Below are positions 9,204 to 17,313 of a stretch of DNA of 64,000 nucleotides, one piece after another. Every line of letters starts with the position of its first letter. Within the stretch, counting starts at the first letter, position 1. This DNA is from a virus (taxonomy: Duplodnaviria > Caudoviricetes): the IMG/VR virus record IMGVR_UViG_3300028380_000013, positions 2,008 to 66,007 of that record; one strand, written 5' to 3'. The notes below the pieces were generated by a model, which saw only the letters and a list, made by a program, of their open reading frames with translations, searched no databases and was not told the origin of the DNA. A program made the translations under genes and the position numbers.

Positions 9204-10700
9204 ATGGCGAATTGGGGCGTACTCGTTGACACTACTGCACCGGCTGGTGTTGCGCTCAACGTGATCGCCGCGTCCGACTCTGTGCAAACGCAAGCCGTCA
9301 CGATCACGACTACCGATCCGCTTCCACTCAATTACACGATGAAGCTATACGGCGATGTTGACACGACGTATGATGCTAACGTGCAGGCGACGTCGGGAGC
9401 TTCGACAGCTTTTGCATACGCTACATCCTTTACCGTGAAGTTTTCGAGCGGGAGCGGCGTAAAGACGCTCAATCTGATCGTGATCGACGCGGAGGGAAAC
9501 GCATCGAGCGCGGTTTCGGATACATTTACTCTCGCTGGCACAACGGCTGTTGGTCAAGACCTTGTACTTTCATATCACGTTCGCGCCGCTATCGCTCAGA
9601 CGAAGCAGCTTAGCTACCACATACGCGCGGCTATCGCTCAGACGAAACAACTTAGTTATCACATACGCGCTACTGCTGCGCAGACGAAGCAAGCCGATTG
9701 GCATATTCGATCCGTCGCTGCGCAGACGAGACAAGCCGACTGGCACATACGCGCAGCTATCGCGCAAACGAAGCAAGTAGATTGGCACACTCGCGCAGCG
9801 ATCACGCAGACAAAGGCGCTCGCATATAGTGTGCGTACTTCGATTGCGCAAACGAAAGATATCGCCTTTTCCGTGCGTAGCTCCGTGGCGCAGACGAAGG
9901 CGCTCGCGTATCATGTTCGCGCCGCTGTTGCTCAGACGGAACCGATCGCTTGGCATGTTCGAGCAGCAATAGCGCAGACGGCAGTTTTAGCATGGAATAC
10001 GCGCGCAGCAATAGCGCAGACAAAACAAATCGCCTGGCACGATCGTGCGATTATTGCGAAAAGTATCGATGTAGCTTGGAATACGCTTTCCCAGGTTACT
10101 GTCGGTCAAACAGTTGCGTTGTCTTGGGACGTTCGAGCCGCTGTCGCTCAGACGAAGGCGGTAGCGTGGCACGATCGCGCGAACATTGCACAGACGGAAC
10201 CGATCGCTTGGCATGTTAGAACGATAGTTGTCAGTATCGCACCGTTATCTTGGAATGTTCTCGTGGCGGTGCTAGTTGCTTCTTCCGAAAAAGCTATTTC
10301 ATGGTCGTTGCGCTCGAACGTTGCTCGTGAGCAGAGCAGCAGTTGGTTTGTGCGAACGTCGCTCGCTCGCGAGCAGGCGATGGCGTGGGATGTGCGATCG
10401 ACTAGCGCCGCCGAACGCTCGATCGTCTGGGCGCTGCGCTCTCGCAGTTCTCGCGATCTTGTCACTGCGTGGCAAGTACGCTCCCTTGCGTCTGGAACGG
10501 TCGTGGTAGCGTGGAACACGCGAGCAGGTGTCAAGATAGTGCGAGCGCGCGGTTTCATCGTGGAAGAGCGCGTAGCGGGACAGTTTTCAGCACATCAGAA
10601 CGGGGCGACTGTCGATGGGAACACGCCGCTAGGGAACATTTCGGGAGACTCGCAGTTAGTGCGCACGGCGAAGATTAGCAAGATCGGAAGGATACGATGA
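9204..10700 (+). CDS. fibre-like protein with ~23 copies of a 14-aa repeat
   Basis: Ig-like N-terminus followed by repeats such as SYHIRAAIAQTKQL and AWHVRAAIAQTAVL. Confidence 0.7.
   Translation: MANWGVLVDTTAPAGVALNVIAASDSVQTQAVTITTTDPLPLNYTMKLYGDVDTTYDANVQATSGASTAFAYATSFTVKFSSGSGVKTLNLIVIDAEGNASSAVSDTFTLAGTTAVGQDLVLSYHVRAAIAQTKQLSYHIRAAIAQTKQLSYHIRATAAQTKQADWHIRSVAAQTRQADWHIRAAIAQTKQVDWHTRAAITQTKALAYSVRTSIAQTKDIAFSVRSSVAQTKALAYHVRAAVAQTEPIAWHVRAAIAQTAVLAWNTRAAIAQTKQIAWHDRAIIAKSIDVAWNTLSQVTVGQTVALSWDVRAAVAQTKAVAWHDRANIAQTEPIAWHVRTIVVSIAPLSWNVLVAVLVASSEKAISWSLRSNVAREQSSSWFVRTSLAREQAMAWDVRSTSAAERSIVWALRSRSSRDLVTAWQVRSLASGTVVVAWNTRAGVKIVRARGFIVEERVAGQFSAHQNGATVDGNTPLGNISGDSQLVRTAKISKIGRIR
9570..10530 (+). 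repeat. 42-bp period coding tandem repeat (~23 units)
   Basis: Recurrent gctatcgctcagacgaagca-like units; 14-aa periodicity in the translation. Confidence 0.85.
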
Positions 10701-11035
10701 CAGACACACCGTGGGTAAATCTCGCTGCGATCGTCGGCACGACGTTAGAGCGCACCGTCACCGTGTACGACGCCGCACCGGACGGCTCCGAAGCTTTGGC
10801 GAACCTCTTCGGGTGCTCGCTGACGTTCAGAGTTTACGATCTGTATCGCGCCGTTGTTCTGGAAAAGGTGCTCGATGTTCCTAGCCCCGCGAGCGGTGAA
10901 GGTACGATCGCGCTAGACGCTGACGATCTCTCCGTACTCTCCGCAGCCGCCCCGTATATTTACGATGTACGCTTGATTGACGGGGAGGAAAATGTTTCGG
11001 TAGTCGTGCAAGGCGGCTTTTCAGCTATCGCATGA
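10697..11035 (+). CDS. small beta-sandwich structural protein (BppU N-terminal-like)
   Basis: NLFGCSLTFRV...GTIAL...YIYDVRL pattern; coupled to the repeat protein. Confidence 0.5.
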   Translation: MTDTPWVNLAAIVGTTLERTVTVYDAAPDGSEALANLFGCSLTFRVYDLYRAVVLEKVLDVPSPASGEGTIALDADDLSVLSAAAPYIYDVRLIDGEENVSVVVQGGFSAIA

Positions 11036-11044
11036 TGAGGATCG

Positions 11045-11497
11045 ATGAAGAAGAAATACAAATTGAGCAAGAAGCGTGAAAAGCAGTTCCAGGCGGCGCG
11101 CGAAGAGTTTCGCAATATGCGCGATCTGCTGCTGCTCAATCATTACACGCTCACCTTTAGTCATAAGCCACCGAAAGGGAAAGATACAGCAGCTTCGATA
11201 CATGTTTCGGAAACGCGCAATCGCGCCGTAGTTCGTATGAGCGATCACTTTTACACCTGCTCTCCCGAGGATAGGCGACATTACGTAATTCACGAACTGC
11301 TCCACATCTTTCTCGCGCAGATGGACTATGGCGTAGCAGATTTACAGAATACAATGACGTTCGCTACCTGGAACATATTTTACACAAACTTTCATAGAAA
11401 CATTGAGAAGGCGATAGATGCCCTCGCAGACGTCTTGACGCCACTATCATTTCTGGAAGAGCGGGCGAGAAAGGAGCAAAATATCGAACAGAAGTAA
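11045..11497 (+). CDS. zinc metallopeptidase-like protein
   Basis: HELLH motif (11291-11305) preceded by RRHYVI. Confidence 0.65.
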   Translation: MKKKYKLSKKREKQFQAAREEFRNMRDLLLLNHYTLTFSHKPPKGKDTAASIHVSETRNRAVVRMSDHFYTCSPEDRRHYVIHELLHIFLAQMDYGVADLQNTMTFATWNIFYTNFHRNIEKAIDALADVLTPLSFLEERARKEQNIEQK

Positions 11498-11512
11498 CGT
11501 ATAGTGACAGAG

Positions 11513-11541
11513 TGGACATTCTGACAATTGTGTGGTAGACT
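11513..11541 (+). promoter_or_regulatory. sigma70-like promoter for scaffold/capsid operon
   Basis: TGGACA-N17-TAGACT with TGn extension in the gap before the scaffold gene. Confidence 0.6.
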
Positions 11542-11558
11542 GAGAGTACGCAGAACAA

Positions 11559-11593
11559 GCGCGCCAGGAGCGCGTCAACACCCCAGGAGGGTG
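11559..11593 (+). promoter_or_regulatory. twin CAGGA-loop hairpins overlapping the scaffold RBS
   Basis: gcgcgc-CAGGA-gcgcgt and caccc-CAGGA-gggtg. Confidence 0.55.
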
Positions 11594-11598
11594 CAAGC

Positions 11599-12390
11599 AT
11601 GTATCGATTGCTGTCGCCAGTCATCTTCGATAGTTTTTCGGAATTCTTCGTGCCCGATAGCGGCTCTGGAAGCGGCGGCGGGAATAACGTAGATGACGAT
11701 GATGACGATGACGACGAACCGCCCGCCGCGCCGACTACGGGTAACACTGTCTCGGATCAGATCATTCGCGATTACTTCGATCGTACTCGCGGGTGGATGA
11801 GGAAGCAGCGTAAAGTTATCGCTCGGTATCGCACTCGCGCATCGGAAGCGGAACGCCTACTTGCTGCTGAGCGCGAAGCGATTACGAAGAAAGCGGTAAT
11901 CGAGCCTGCCGACAAGACAGCGTATGATGCGTACAAGGCACTCGGTACGCCTGACGAAGTGAAGCAGAAGATCGCAGACGGCGAGAAAGCTGCGAGCGAT
12001 GCTGCAAACATGAAACGGGATTCGGTCTTGCGCGAAGCTGCGGAAGCTGCGGGATTCAATCTCCCGGTGCTCCGCGATCGGGTCGGCACTCTGGAAGTGT
12101 CCGTGCGCGAGATCGAAAACGACGGCACCAAAGTTCCTGCTGCGTTTGTGAAAGCGGAAGATGGGAAAGAATCTCCGTTGATCGAGTACGCGGAAAAGAA
12201 CTGGTCCGTTTATCTCCCGGCGCTTGTCGCTTCTGACGGTACGCAAGACAACGGCGGCGTTACGCGGCAACAATCGACACAGCAATTCCCGTCGCAGTCT
12301 AGCTCGCGCGGCGCTTCGCGTAACAACACGCAAGCGGTGTCGGGCTACATGGGTAGCGTTTACAAAGGCCCGCCAAAACGCGGGACGTGA
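11599..12390 (+). CDS. head scaffolding protein
   Basis: Acidic N-terminus, coiled-coil, position before decoration and capsid genes. Confidence 0.75.
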   Translation: MYRLLSPVIFDSFSEFFVPDSGSGSGGGNNVDDDDDDDDEPPAAPTTGNTVSDQIIRDYFDRTRGWMRKQRKVIARYRTRASEAERLLAAEREAITKKAVIEPADKTAYDAYKALGTPDEVKQKIADGEKAASDAANMKRDSVLREAAEAAGFNLPVLRDRVGTLEVSVREIENDGTKVPAAFVKAEDGKESPLIEYAEKNWSVYLPALVASDGTQDNGGVTRQQSTQQFPSQSSSRGASRNNTQAVSGYMGSVYKGPPKRGT

Positions 12391-12400
12391 GGTACAGCAC

Positions 12401-13024
12401 ATGGCACGCATAGTAGTTGAGGGAAACCAAAACTCCGTCGCGCGTGCATGGATCGGAGACAACCTCGATCGCGAACACATGATCGCGGGCGGGGCTAAAG
12501 TCGATGCTGCACAATTCCAAGGAGAGGCAGCGGTCAAGGTTGTTGTCGGCGCTGCGGGTGCGCTCGCTGCTGCAACTACGGTCCCTGTCGCCGCGCTCTC
12601 CGCTGCGATTCCGAACGGTACGGTGCTGAATTTCGGGACGAACAAGTTCGCGACGTTGAACGCTGCTGCGGCTGCGGGCGCAACGTCGCTGACCACTCTC
12701 GCGATTCCGACCGCGCTTGTTTCGGGCGATACCGCATGGTACGTCCCGGCTGGTTCGTTCAAGACGATTCCGAGCGGGACGCTTCTCGGTCGCACGATCG
12801 CGGAACGAGACGCGAACACCCCGTATGGTGTTGCTGCCGACGCCGATGACGAAGTGTACTTGCTCGTGTTCGACGTCACCGACGCCGCGAACATGAATGA
12901 CTGCGAACTGTATCGGCACGGTTCCGTGGTCAAGGAAAACCTGCTGCCGACATTCGCTGCTCTCTCTTCTGCGCTAAAGACGAAAGTCCGTGCGCAGTAC
13001 GAGTGTGTGAAGGGAGCGAACTAG
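12401..13024 (+). CDS. head decoration protein
   Basis: ATG 12401 after GAGG; GGAKVDAAQF...IPSGTLLGRT...KENLLP; directly before the MCP. Confidence 0.7.
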   Translation: MARIVVEGNQNSVARAWIGDNLDREHMIAGGAKVDAAQFQGEAAVKVVVGAAGALAAATTVPVAALSAAIPNGTVLNFGTNKFATLNAAAAAGATSLTTLAIPTALVSGDTAWYVPAGSFKTIPSGTLLGRTIAERDANTPYGVAADADDEVYLLVFDVTDAANMNDCELYRHGSVVKENLLPTFAALSSALKTKVRAQYECVKGAN

Positions 13025-13026
13025 CT

Positions 13027-14136
13027 ATGGACCTTCTCACACTCATTCGCACGATGCAGCAAGACGGCACGGTGCAAACGCTCGCACGCGATCCGATGGC
13101 GCAGTTCGGCCCGCCGACTCGTCAATACATGGGCGCAACGCTCATGCCGGAACGCATCGTGCAGTTGAACGCTTATCGCGAGCAGGCGATCCGGTATCGC
13201 ACCGTGATCGCGAACAGCGGTACGCGCTACTCGCCCGCGCAGATCAAGGACGACAATTCGATCGTCGGCTCGATGCTGGTGGAACTCGGAAATCAGGATA
13301 TCGCTCGGCAGTTCACTGGCGAGGATTACGATGCATTCCTGTTCCTGCTCAGCACGCGCCCGACGATGGACGCTGTTCTCTCGATGATCCGCTGGCTCGA
13401 TGTGACGGTGCTCCGCGCGATTCTCGATCTCAATGAGAAGATGCGCTGGGACTGCATGATCGCGGCTAGCGTCGTTATGACTGGCGACAACGGATATACG
13501 GAAACGGTGACGTATCCGAATCCGGCTGGTCATCGTGTCGCAGCTTCGGCGCAATGGTCGCTCGATGCGACCGATCCGTATCCCGATATCATCAGCATGG
13601 TGCAAACGCTCGCAGACAAGGGGTACACGGTCAATCGCTTGATCGGTTCTCGCAAGGTCGCAACTATTCTTGCACGCAACGCGAAGATGCAAGCGCGTGT
13701 CGGCGGGCGTATCACTGTCTCAACCGGCGGTCAGCTTGCGAGCGAGCCGCGACCGCTGATCAGTCTCGCAGACTTGAACGGCGTTCTGAACGCAGACGGT
13801 CTGCCGCCGATCGAGATCAACGATCAACTGTATCGCGACTACGCCGGGGCGCATCGTTTCGTACCCGATACGGTGCTCTTCTTCGCAGGGACGACGGGGC
13901 AGGATCAGGCGATCATCGATCAGAACTTCGCGCAAAACGACGTGTTCCCGATCGCGGAAAACGTGCTTGGTTACTACGCAGTCGGGCGCGCGGCGGGTCA
14001 GGCGACTCCTGGGCGCGTTATTCGTCTGGAAGCGCACGAAGATAAGCCGCCGCGTGTCACCGCAGAAGGCTGGCAAACCGGACTGCCGGTGCTGGTCGAA
14101 CCCGAATCGGTTGGCGTGATCACCGGAATCAGCTAA
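13027..14136 (+). CDS. major capsid protein (lambda gpE-like)
   Basis: 369 aa; YMGATLMPER, NEKMRWD, C-terminal GWQTGLPVL; position. Confidence 0.9.
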   Translation: MDLLTLIRTMQQDGTVQTLARDPMAQFGPPTRQYMGATLMPERIVQLNAYREQAIRYRTVIANSGTRYSPAQIKDDNSIVGSMLVELGNQDIARQFTGEDYDAFLFLLSTRPTMDAVLSMIRWLDVTVLRAILDLNEKMRWDCMIAASVVMTGDNGYTETVTYPNPAGHRVAASAQWSLDATDPYPDIISMVQTLADKGYTVNRLIGSRKVATILARNAKMQARVGGRITVSTGGQLASEPRPLISLADLNGVLNADGLPPIEINDQLYRDYAGAHRFVPDTVLFFAGTTGQDQAIIDQNFAQNDVFPIAENVLGYYAVGRAAGQATPGRVIRLEAHEDKPPRVTAEGWQTGLPVLVEPESVGVITGIS

Positions 14137-14148
14137 GCGAGTGTGTAG

Positions 14149-14490
14149 ATGGCTGAAACGCTCGCCGTCGAACAAGTTCGCAACGCGCTAGGCGATTCTG
14201 GCGATCCGCCAGCGTGGTCGAACGCTGAGCTTGCGACACGCCTCGATCAGAATGGCGGTCTGATCGCGGTCACGGTCGAAAGCTGCTTGCTCGAACTGCA
14301 AGCAGAAGCGGCGGGACGTTTCAGCTACACACTTGGCGGCACGAACAACGCAGTATCCGATGTGTTCAAACAGCTTGACACGCTCCTGACGAGATGGAGC
14401 GCGCGAGCGACAGTCGAACGCAACACACAGCAGCAGGGAGCGACAGAGAACGCGCCGCCTGCTGCTGTTCCTGTTGAATGGTGGTTCTGA
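14149..14490 (+). CDS. head-tail adaptor
   Basis: VRNALGDS...WSNAELA pattern directly after the MCP. Confidence 0.7.
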   Translation: MAETLAVEQVRNALGDSGDPPAWSNAELATRLDQNGGLIAVTVESCLLELQAEAAGRFSYTLGGTNNAVSDVFKQLDTLLTRWSARATVERNTQQQGATENAPPAAVPVEWWF

Positions 14491-14843
14491 TGAGCCCTTC
14501 ACGCCTCGATCGCTGGCTCGCTCCGCGCATCGCTGCTCGCGCTACTGATGCGGAACGGGAGATCGCTGACGATCCGACCGAAGTCGCATGGTTTCGGGGG
14601 AGCGTGGAACTCGCGCACATCGTGGTACGAATCACCGACGCAGCTTCTTCCGCATTCACGACGCAGCGCGGTCAATACAGCGCAGGAACGGCTGCCAACG
14701 TCTTTATTCTCGCGAGCGCAGGAACAGACTTGCGAGCTAAAGATCGTTTGCAGAAAGAAGGTGGCGAGACGTGGGTACTATCTGCCGTTAGTCCCGATCG
14801 CGCAACACGAACAGAAGCGATCGGAGAGGTAGTATCGCGATGA
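14490..14843 (+). CDS. head closure protein
   Basis: DLRAKDRL...TWVLSAV beta-barrel pattern; synteny. Confidence 0.6.
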   Translation: MSPSRLDRWLAPRIAARATDAEREIADDPTEVAWFRGSVELAHIVVRITDAASSAFTTQRGQYSAGTAANVFILASAGTDLRAKDRLQKEGGETWVLSAVSPDRATRTEAIGEVVSR

Positions 14844-15196
14844 GCGGAGCGATTGTCTGGGAACGATCTCCGTCAGAACTTGCCGACGCGATCGAGTTTT
14901 ACGGTGAGCAAGTTCTGGAGAAAGCGAAAACTGTCGCGGCGTCTGTCGCTCAACTGATGGAAGCCGCCGCGAAGGGTAGCGCTCCGTGGCAAGATCAAAC
15001 CGGCGATGCTCGCGCTGGTCTAACAACAGTCGTGATCTTCGCTGACGACTTGATCACGATTACGCTCTATCACACCGTGCCGTATGGAATCTTTCTGGAA
15101 GTGTGCAACGGCGGAAAGTATCGCGTGATCCTCCCGACGATCGTGCAGTTCGGACCGTTGTTCATTTCGATGTTACAGGCGATGCTCAGTGCTTAG
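14840..15196 (+). CDS. HK97 gp10-like neck protein
   Basis: APWQDQTGDAR...HTVPYGIFLEV motif. Confidence 0.75.
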   Translation: MSGAIVWERSPSELADAIEFYGEQVLEKAKTVAASVAQLMEAAAKGSAPWQDQTGDARAGLTTVVIFADDLITITLYHTVPYGIFLEVCNGGKYRVILPTIVQFGPLFISMLQAMLSA

Positions 15197-15623
15197 GGTG
15201 CCGATCGCACAACTGCTCCACGGTGACGGGACGATGCTCGCGAGTCTCGCAGGCGGTATCTGGCCGCAAGAAGATGAGCAAGCTTCGGCAATGACGCGAG
15301 AAGATTACCCGACAGCATTCGACTCGCAAGGACTGATCAAGCCTACCGCGCTCGTGCAAGATGACGGATCGTTCTCGCTCCCCACGCACGATCGCGCACT
15401 TACGGAAACGTTTCGCGTCATTCTATGGCAGTATTCGGGGCGCAATGTGATCGACGGAGCGCTAGCACGCATCTTCGAATTACTGCAAGGTGTGCATCTG
15501 CAAGTGGGCGCACTGTGGGTGTATGAATTGCAGTGGGCCGGTGATGGTCCGAATCTGAAAGACGGCGCATTGAATGACGCGGAACTCGGCTGGTCGCGAT
15601 GGCAAGCCGTGGTACTGAGATAG
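15189..15623 (+). CDS. tail completion/terminator protein
   Basis: Synteny before the tail tube; size and composition. Confidence 0.6.
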   Translation: MLRVPIAQLLHGDGTMLASLAGGIWPQEDEQASAMTREDYPTAFDSQGLIKPTALVQDDGSFSLPTHDRALTETFRVILWQYSGRNVIDGALARIFELLQGVHLQVGALWVYELQWAGDGPNLKDGALNDAELGWSRWQAVVLR

Positions 15624-15632
15624 GAGCTACAG

Positions 15633-15866
15633 ATGAGCGGGAACGTTCCGATCCCAGCCGACCCGACTGCCGTGCCGACGAAATCCGTGGTGTGGAAGGA
15701 AGGTCAGAACCACACTGCGCGACTCATCGAACCGGAATGGCACGGCACGAGCAAGACCTATCGCTTCGATCGCGACAACAATCACACCGTCGAAATGGAC
15801 GAATCGGACGTCGCGATCTTGATGAACGGCGACGATAAGAGCGAATTTCGCGTGAAGCGGAGCTAG
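15633..15866 (+). CDS. small hypothetical virion protein
   Basis: AGGAG RBS; fills the gap in the tail operon. Confidence 0.55.
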   Translation: MSGNVPIPADPTAVPTKSVVWKEGQNHTARLIEPEWHGTSKTYRFDRDNNHTVEMDESDVAILMNGDDKSEFRVKRS

Positions 15867-15915
15867 CTCACACTCTGCGCGATCGTAGCGCGAGACGTAA
15901 CAACGCGGAGGAACA

Positions 15916-16470
15916 ATGGCAACACATGCGAGCCTACCATACGGACTCACCGATCTCGTGATCGAGCCGTTGGACGCGTCTTTCACTCCGATCGTGGCGG
16001 CGGGTATCAAACTGCTGAACGGTCAGACGATGGACGTCACGGTGAATGAGGATCAGACCGACGAGGAAGGGTACGGCGTCGTCGTCGGTACGGTGTTCTC
16101 AGCGACGACAGCAGACGTCACGCTGCATAGCGCAGGCACCGATCTCGATGCGCTCGCGGCGATCACGGGCGGGACTGTTGTTAGCTCGGGCGTCTCTCCG
16201 AACGTCATTCAGACACTCGATTACGGTGTGGTCGGTCAAGCGCGACCGTACTGCCGTGTTACCGGAAAGGCGCTCGGTAATAACGGCGGCGATGCGTGGT
16301 TGCGCGTCAACGCTGTTCGTTTCTCGCTCCCTTCTGGCGGCTTCGATCATAAGGCGTTCAATGAGTCCGATCTTACTGGGAGCGCAATCGCACCGACTGC
16401 GGGCGCGGCTTCTGGTAAGTTGATCACGCGCATTCACCATCAGACCGCAACAGCGCTGACACCAGCCTAA
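15916..16470 (+). CDS. major tail (tube) protein
   Basis: LPYGLTDLVI...DLDALAAITGG; GGAGG RBS; followed by hairpin and chaperones. Confidence 0.8.
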   Translation: MATHASLPYGLTDLVIEPLDASFTPIVAAGIKLLNGQTMDVTVNEDQTDEEGYGVVVGTVFSATTADVTLHSAGTDLDALAAITGGTVVSSGVSPNVIQTLDYGVVGQARPYCRVTGKALGNNGGDAWLRVNAVRFSLPSGGFDHKAFNESDLTGSAIAPTAGAASGKLITRIHHQTATALTPA

Positions 16471-16491
16471 GCGCTGCTGGCTACGCACGTT

Positions 16492-16540
16492 GAGAGCGAT
16501 CGGGCTGCATCATCTGATCGCCCGATCGCTCTCTATTTTC
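16492..16540 (+). terminator. 14-bp hairpin with short U tract after the tail tube gene
   Basis: gagagcgatcgggc (16492-16505) pairs with gcccgatcgctctc (16520-16533), then tattttc. Confidence 0.65.
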
Positions 16541-16557
16541 TGTAAAAGGAGGTACTG

Positions 16558-17106
16558 ATGAGCGCGAATCGTAACGGTCGCAAGCGGCGTGCAAACTTCG
16601 ACTATGCGGCGCAGTGGGCCGATAACGGCGAAGAAGAGATGACTTTACCGAGCGGTAAAGTCGTCATCGTGCGTACTCCCGATCTGTCGCGCATGGCACA
16701 GCAAGGCACCATCCCTAACCATATGATCGCTGCTGTTGAGAAGTTCATTCTGGGCGGAATGAACATGCTTATTCGTGAAGTTCCCGGTATCACCGCAGAA
16801 GGGCAGGAACCGGGAAAGGCGCTTACGCGAACTGCTGAACTGAATTACTACATCGATGCGATGTGCGTAGCCGCGCTAGTCGAACCAACATTTGTGTTCG
16901 AAGGTGAGAAAGGCGGTATCCCAATATCCGCAATGTCTGCCGACGACAAGTTCGCGATCTGGGATTGGGGGGTAGGCTTGACGGCTGGGCTTGCCCGATT
17001 TCGTGCAGACCGAAGCGGGCCGGTGGGTGATGTGGGAACAGCATCTAGCGGCGAAGATGTACGGGAAAACCCCGGCGAGTCTAGCGGGATTGAACAATCC
17101 GCGTGA
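16558..17106 (+). CDS. tail assembly chaperone (gpG-like)
   Basis: MTLPSGKVVIVRTPDL motif; between tube and tape measure. Confidence 0.75.
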   Translation: MSANRNGRKRRANFDYAAQWADNGEEEMTLPSGKVVIVRTPDLSRMAQQGTIPNHMIAAVEKFILGGMNMLIREVPGITAEGQEPGKALTRTAELNYYIDAMCVAALVEPTFVFEGEKGGIPISAMSADDKFAIWDWGVGLTAGLARFRADRSGPVGDVGTASSGEDVRENPGESSGIEQSA

Positions 17107-17299
17107 CGAGTGGATCGCCTACCAGTACACGATGACGGTCGCGAGATTCGGGAAATGGGTCGATATGATGCTAGAGCAGCGCACGAAAGATGGCAAACAG
17201 CGCTACTCGATTGTCGGACTGCTTGCTGATCAAAAGCAAGTTTTCGCGATGAAGTATCGAACAGACTTCGACCGCTTTCCTGTCGAAGAAGTCGCGTAG
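16991..17299 (+). CDS. tail assembly chaperone frameshift extension (gpT-like)
   Basis: Overlaps gpG in the +1 frame; MYGKTPASLAG...AYQY...FG pattern. Confidence 0.65.
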   Translation: MPDFVQTEAGRWVMWEQHLAAKMYGKTPASLAGLNNPRDEWIAYQYTMTVARFGKWVDMMLEQRTKDGKQRYSIVGLLADQKQVFAMKYRTDFDRFPVEEVA

Positions 17300-17313
17300 A
17301 TCGGAGCTAGCTT

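Noticed and set aside
9570-10530. Repeats as a diversity-generating retroelement TR/VR
   Set aside because: In-frame tandem protein repeats, differences not restricted to adenines, and no reverse transcriptase in the window
11857-12933. Long antisense ORFs (for example 358 aa here, 58096-58857 and 60103-60948)
   Set aside because: Shadow frames of real genes in GC-rich, CG-biased DNA, with no RBS or motifs
17061-17072. GGGAAAA as a classic -1 slippery site
   Set aside because: Not in the X XXY YYZ phase of the gpG frame; the downstream ORF is in +1
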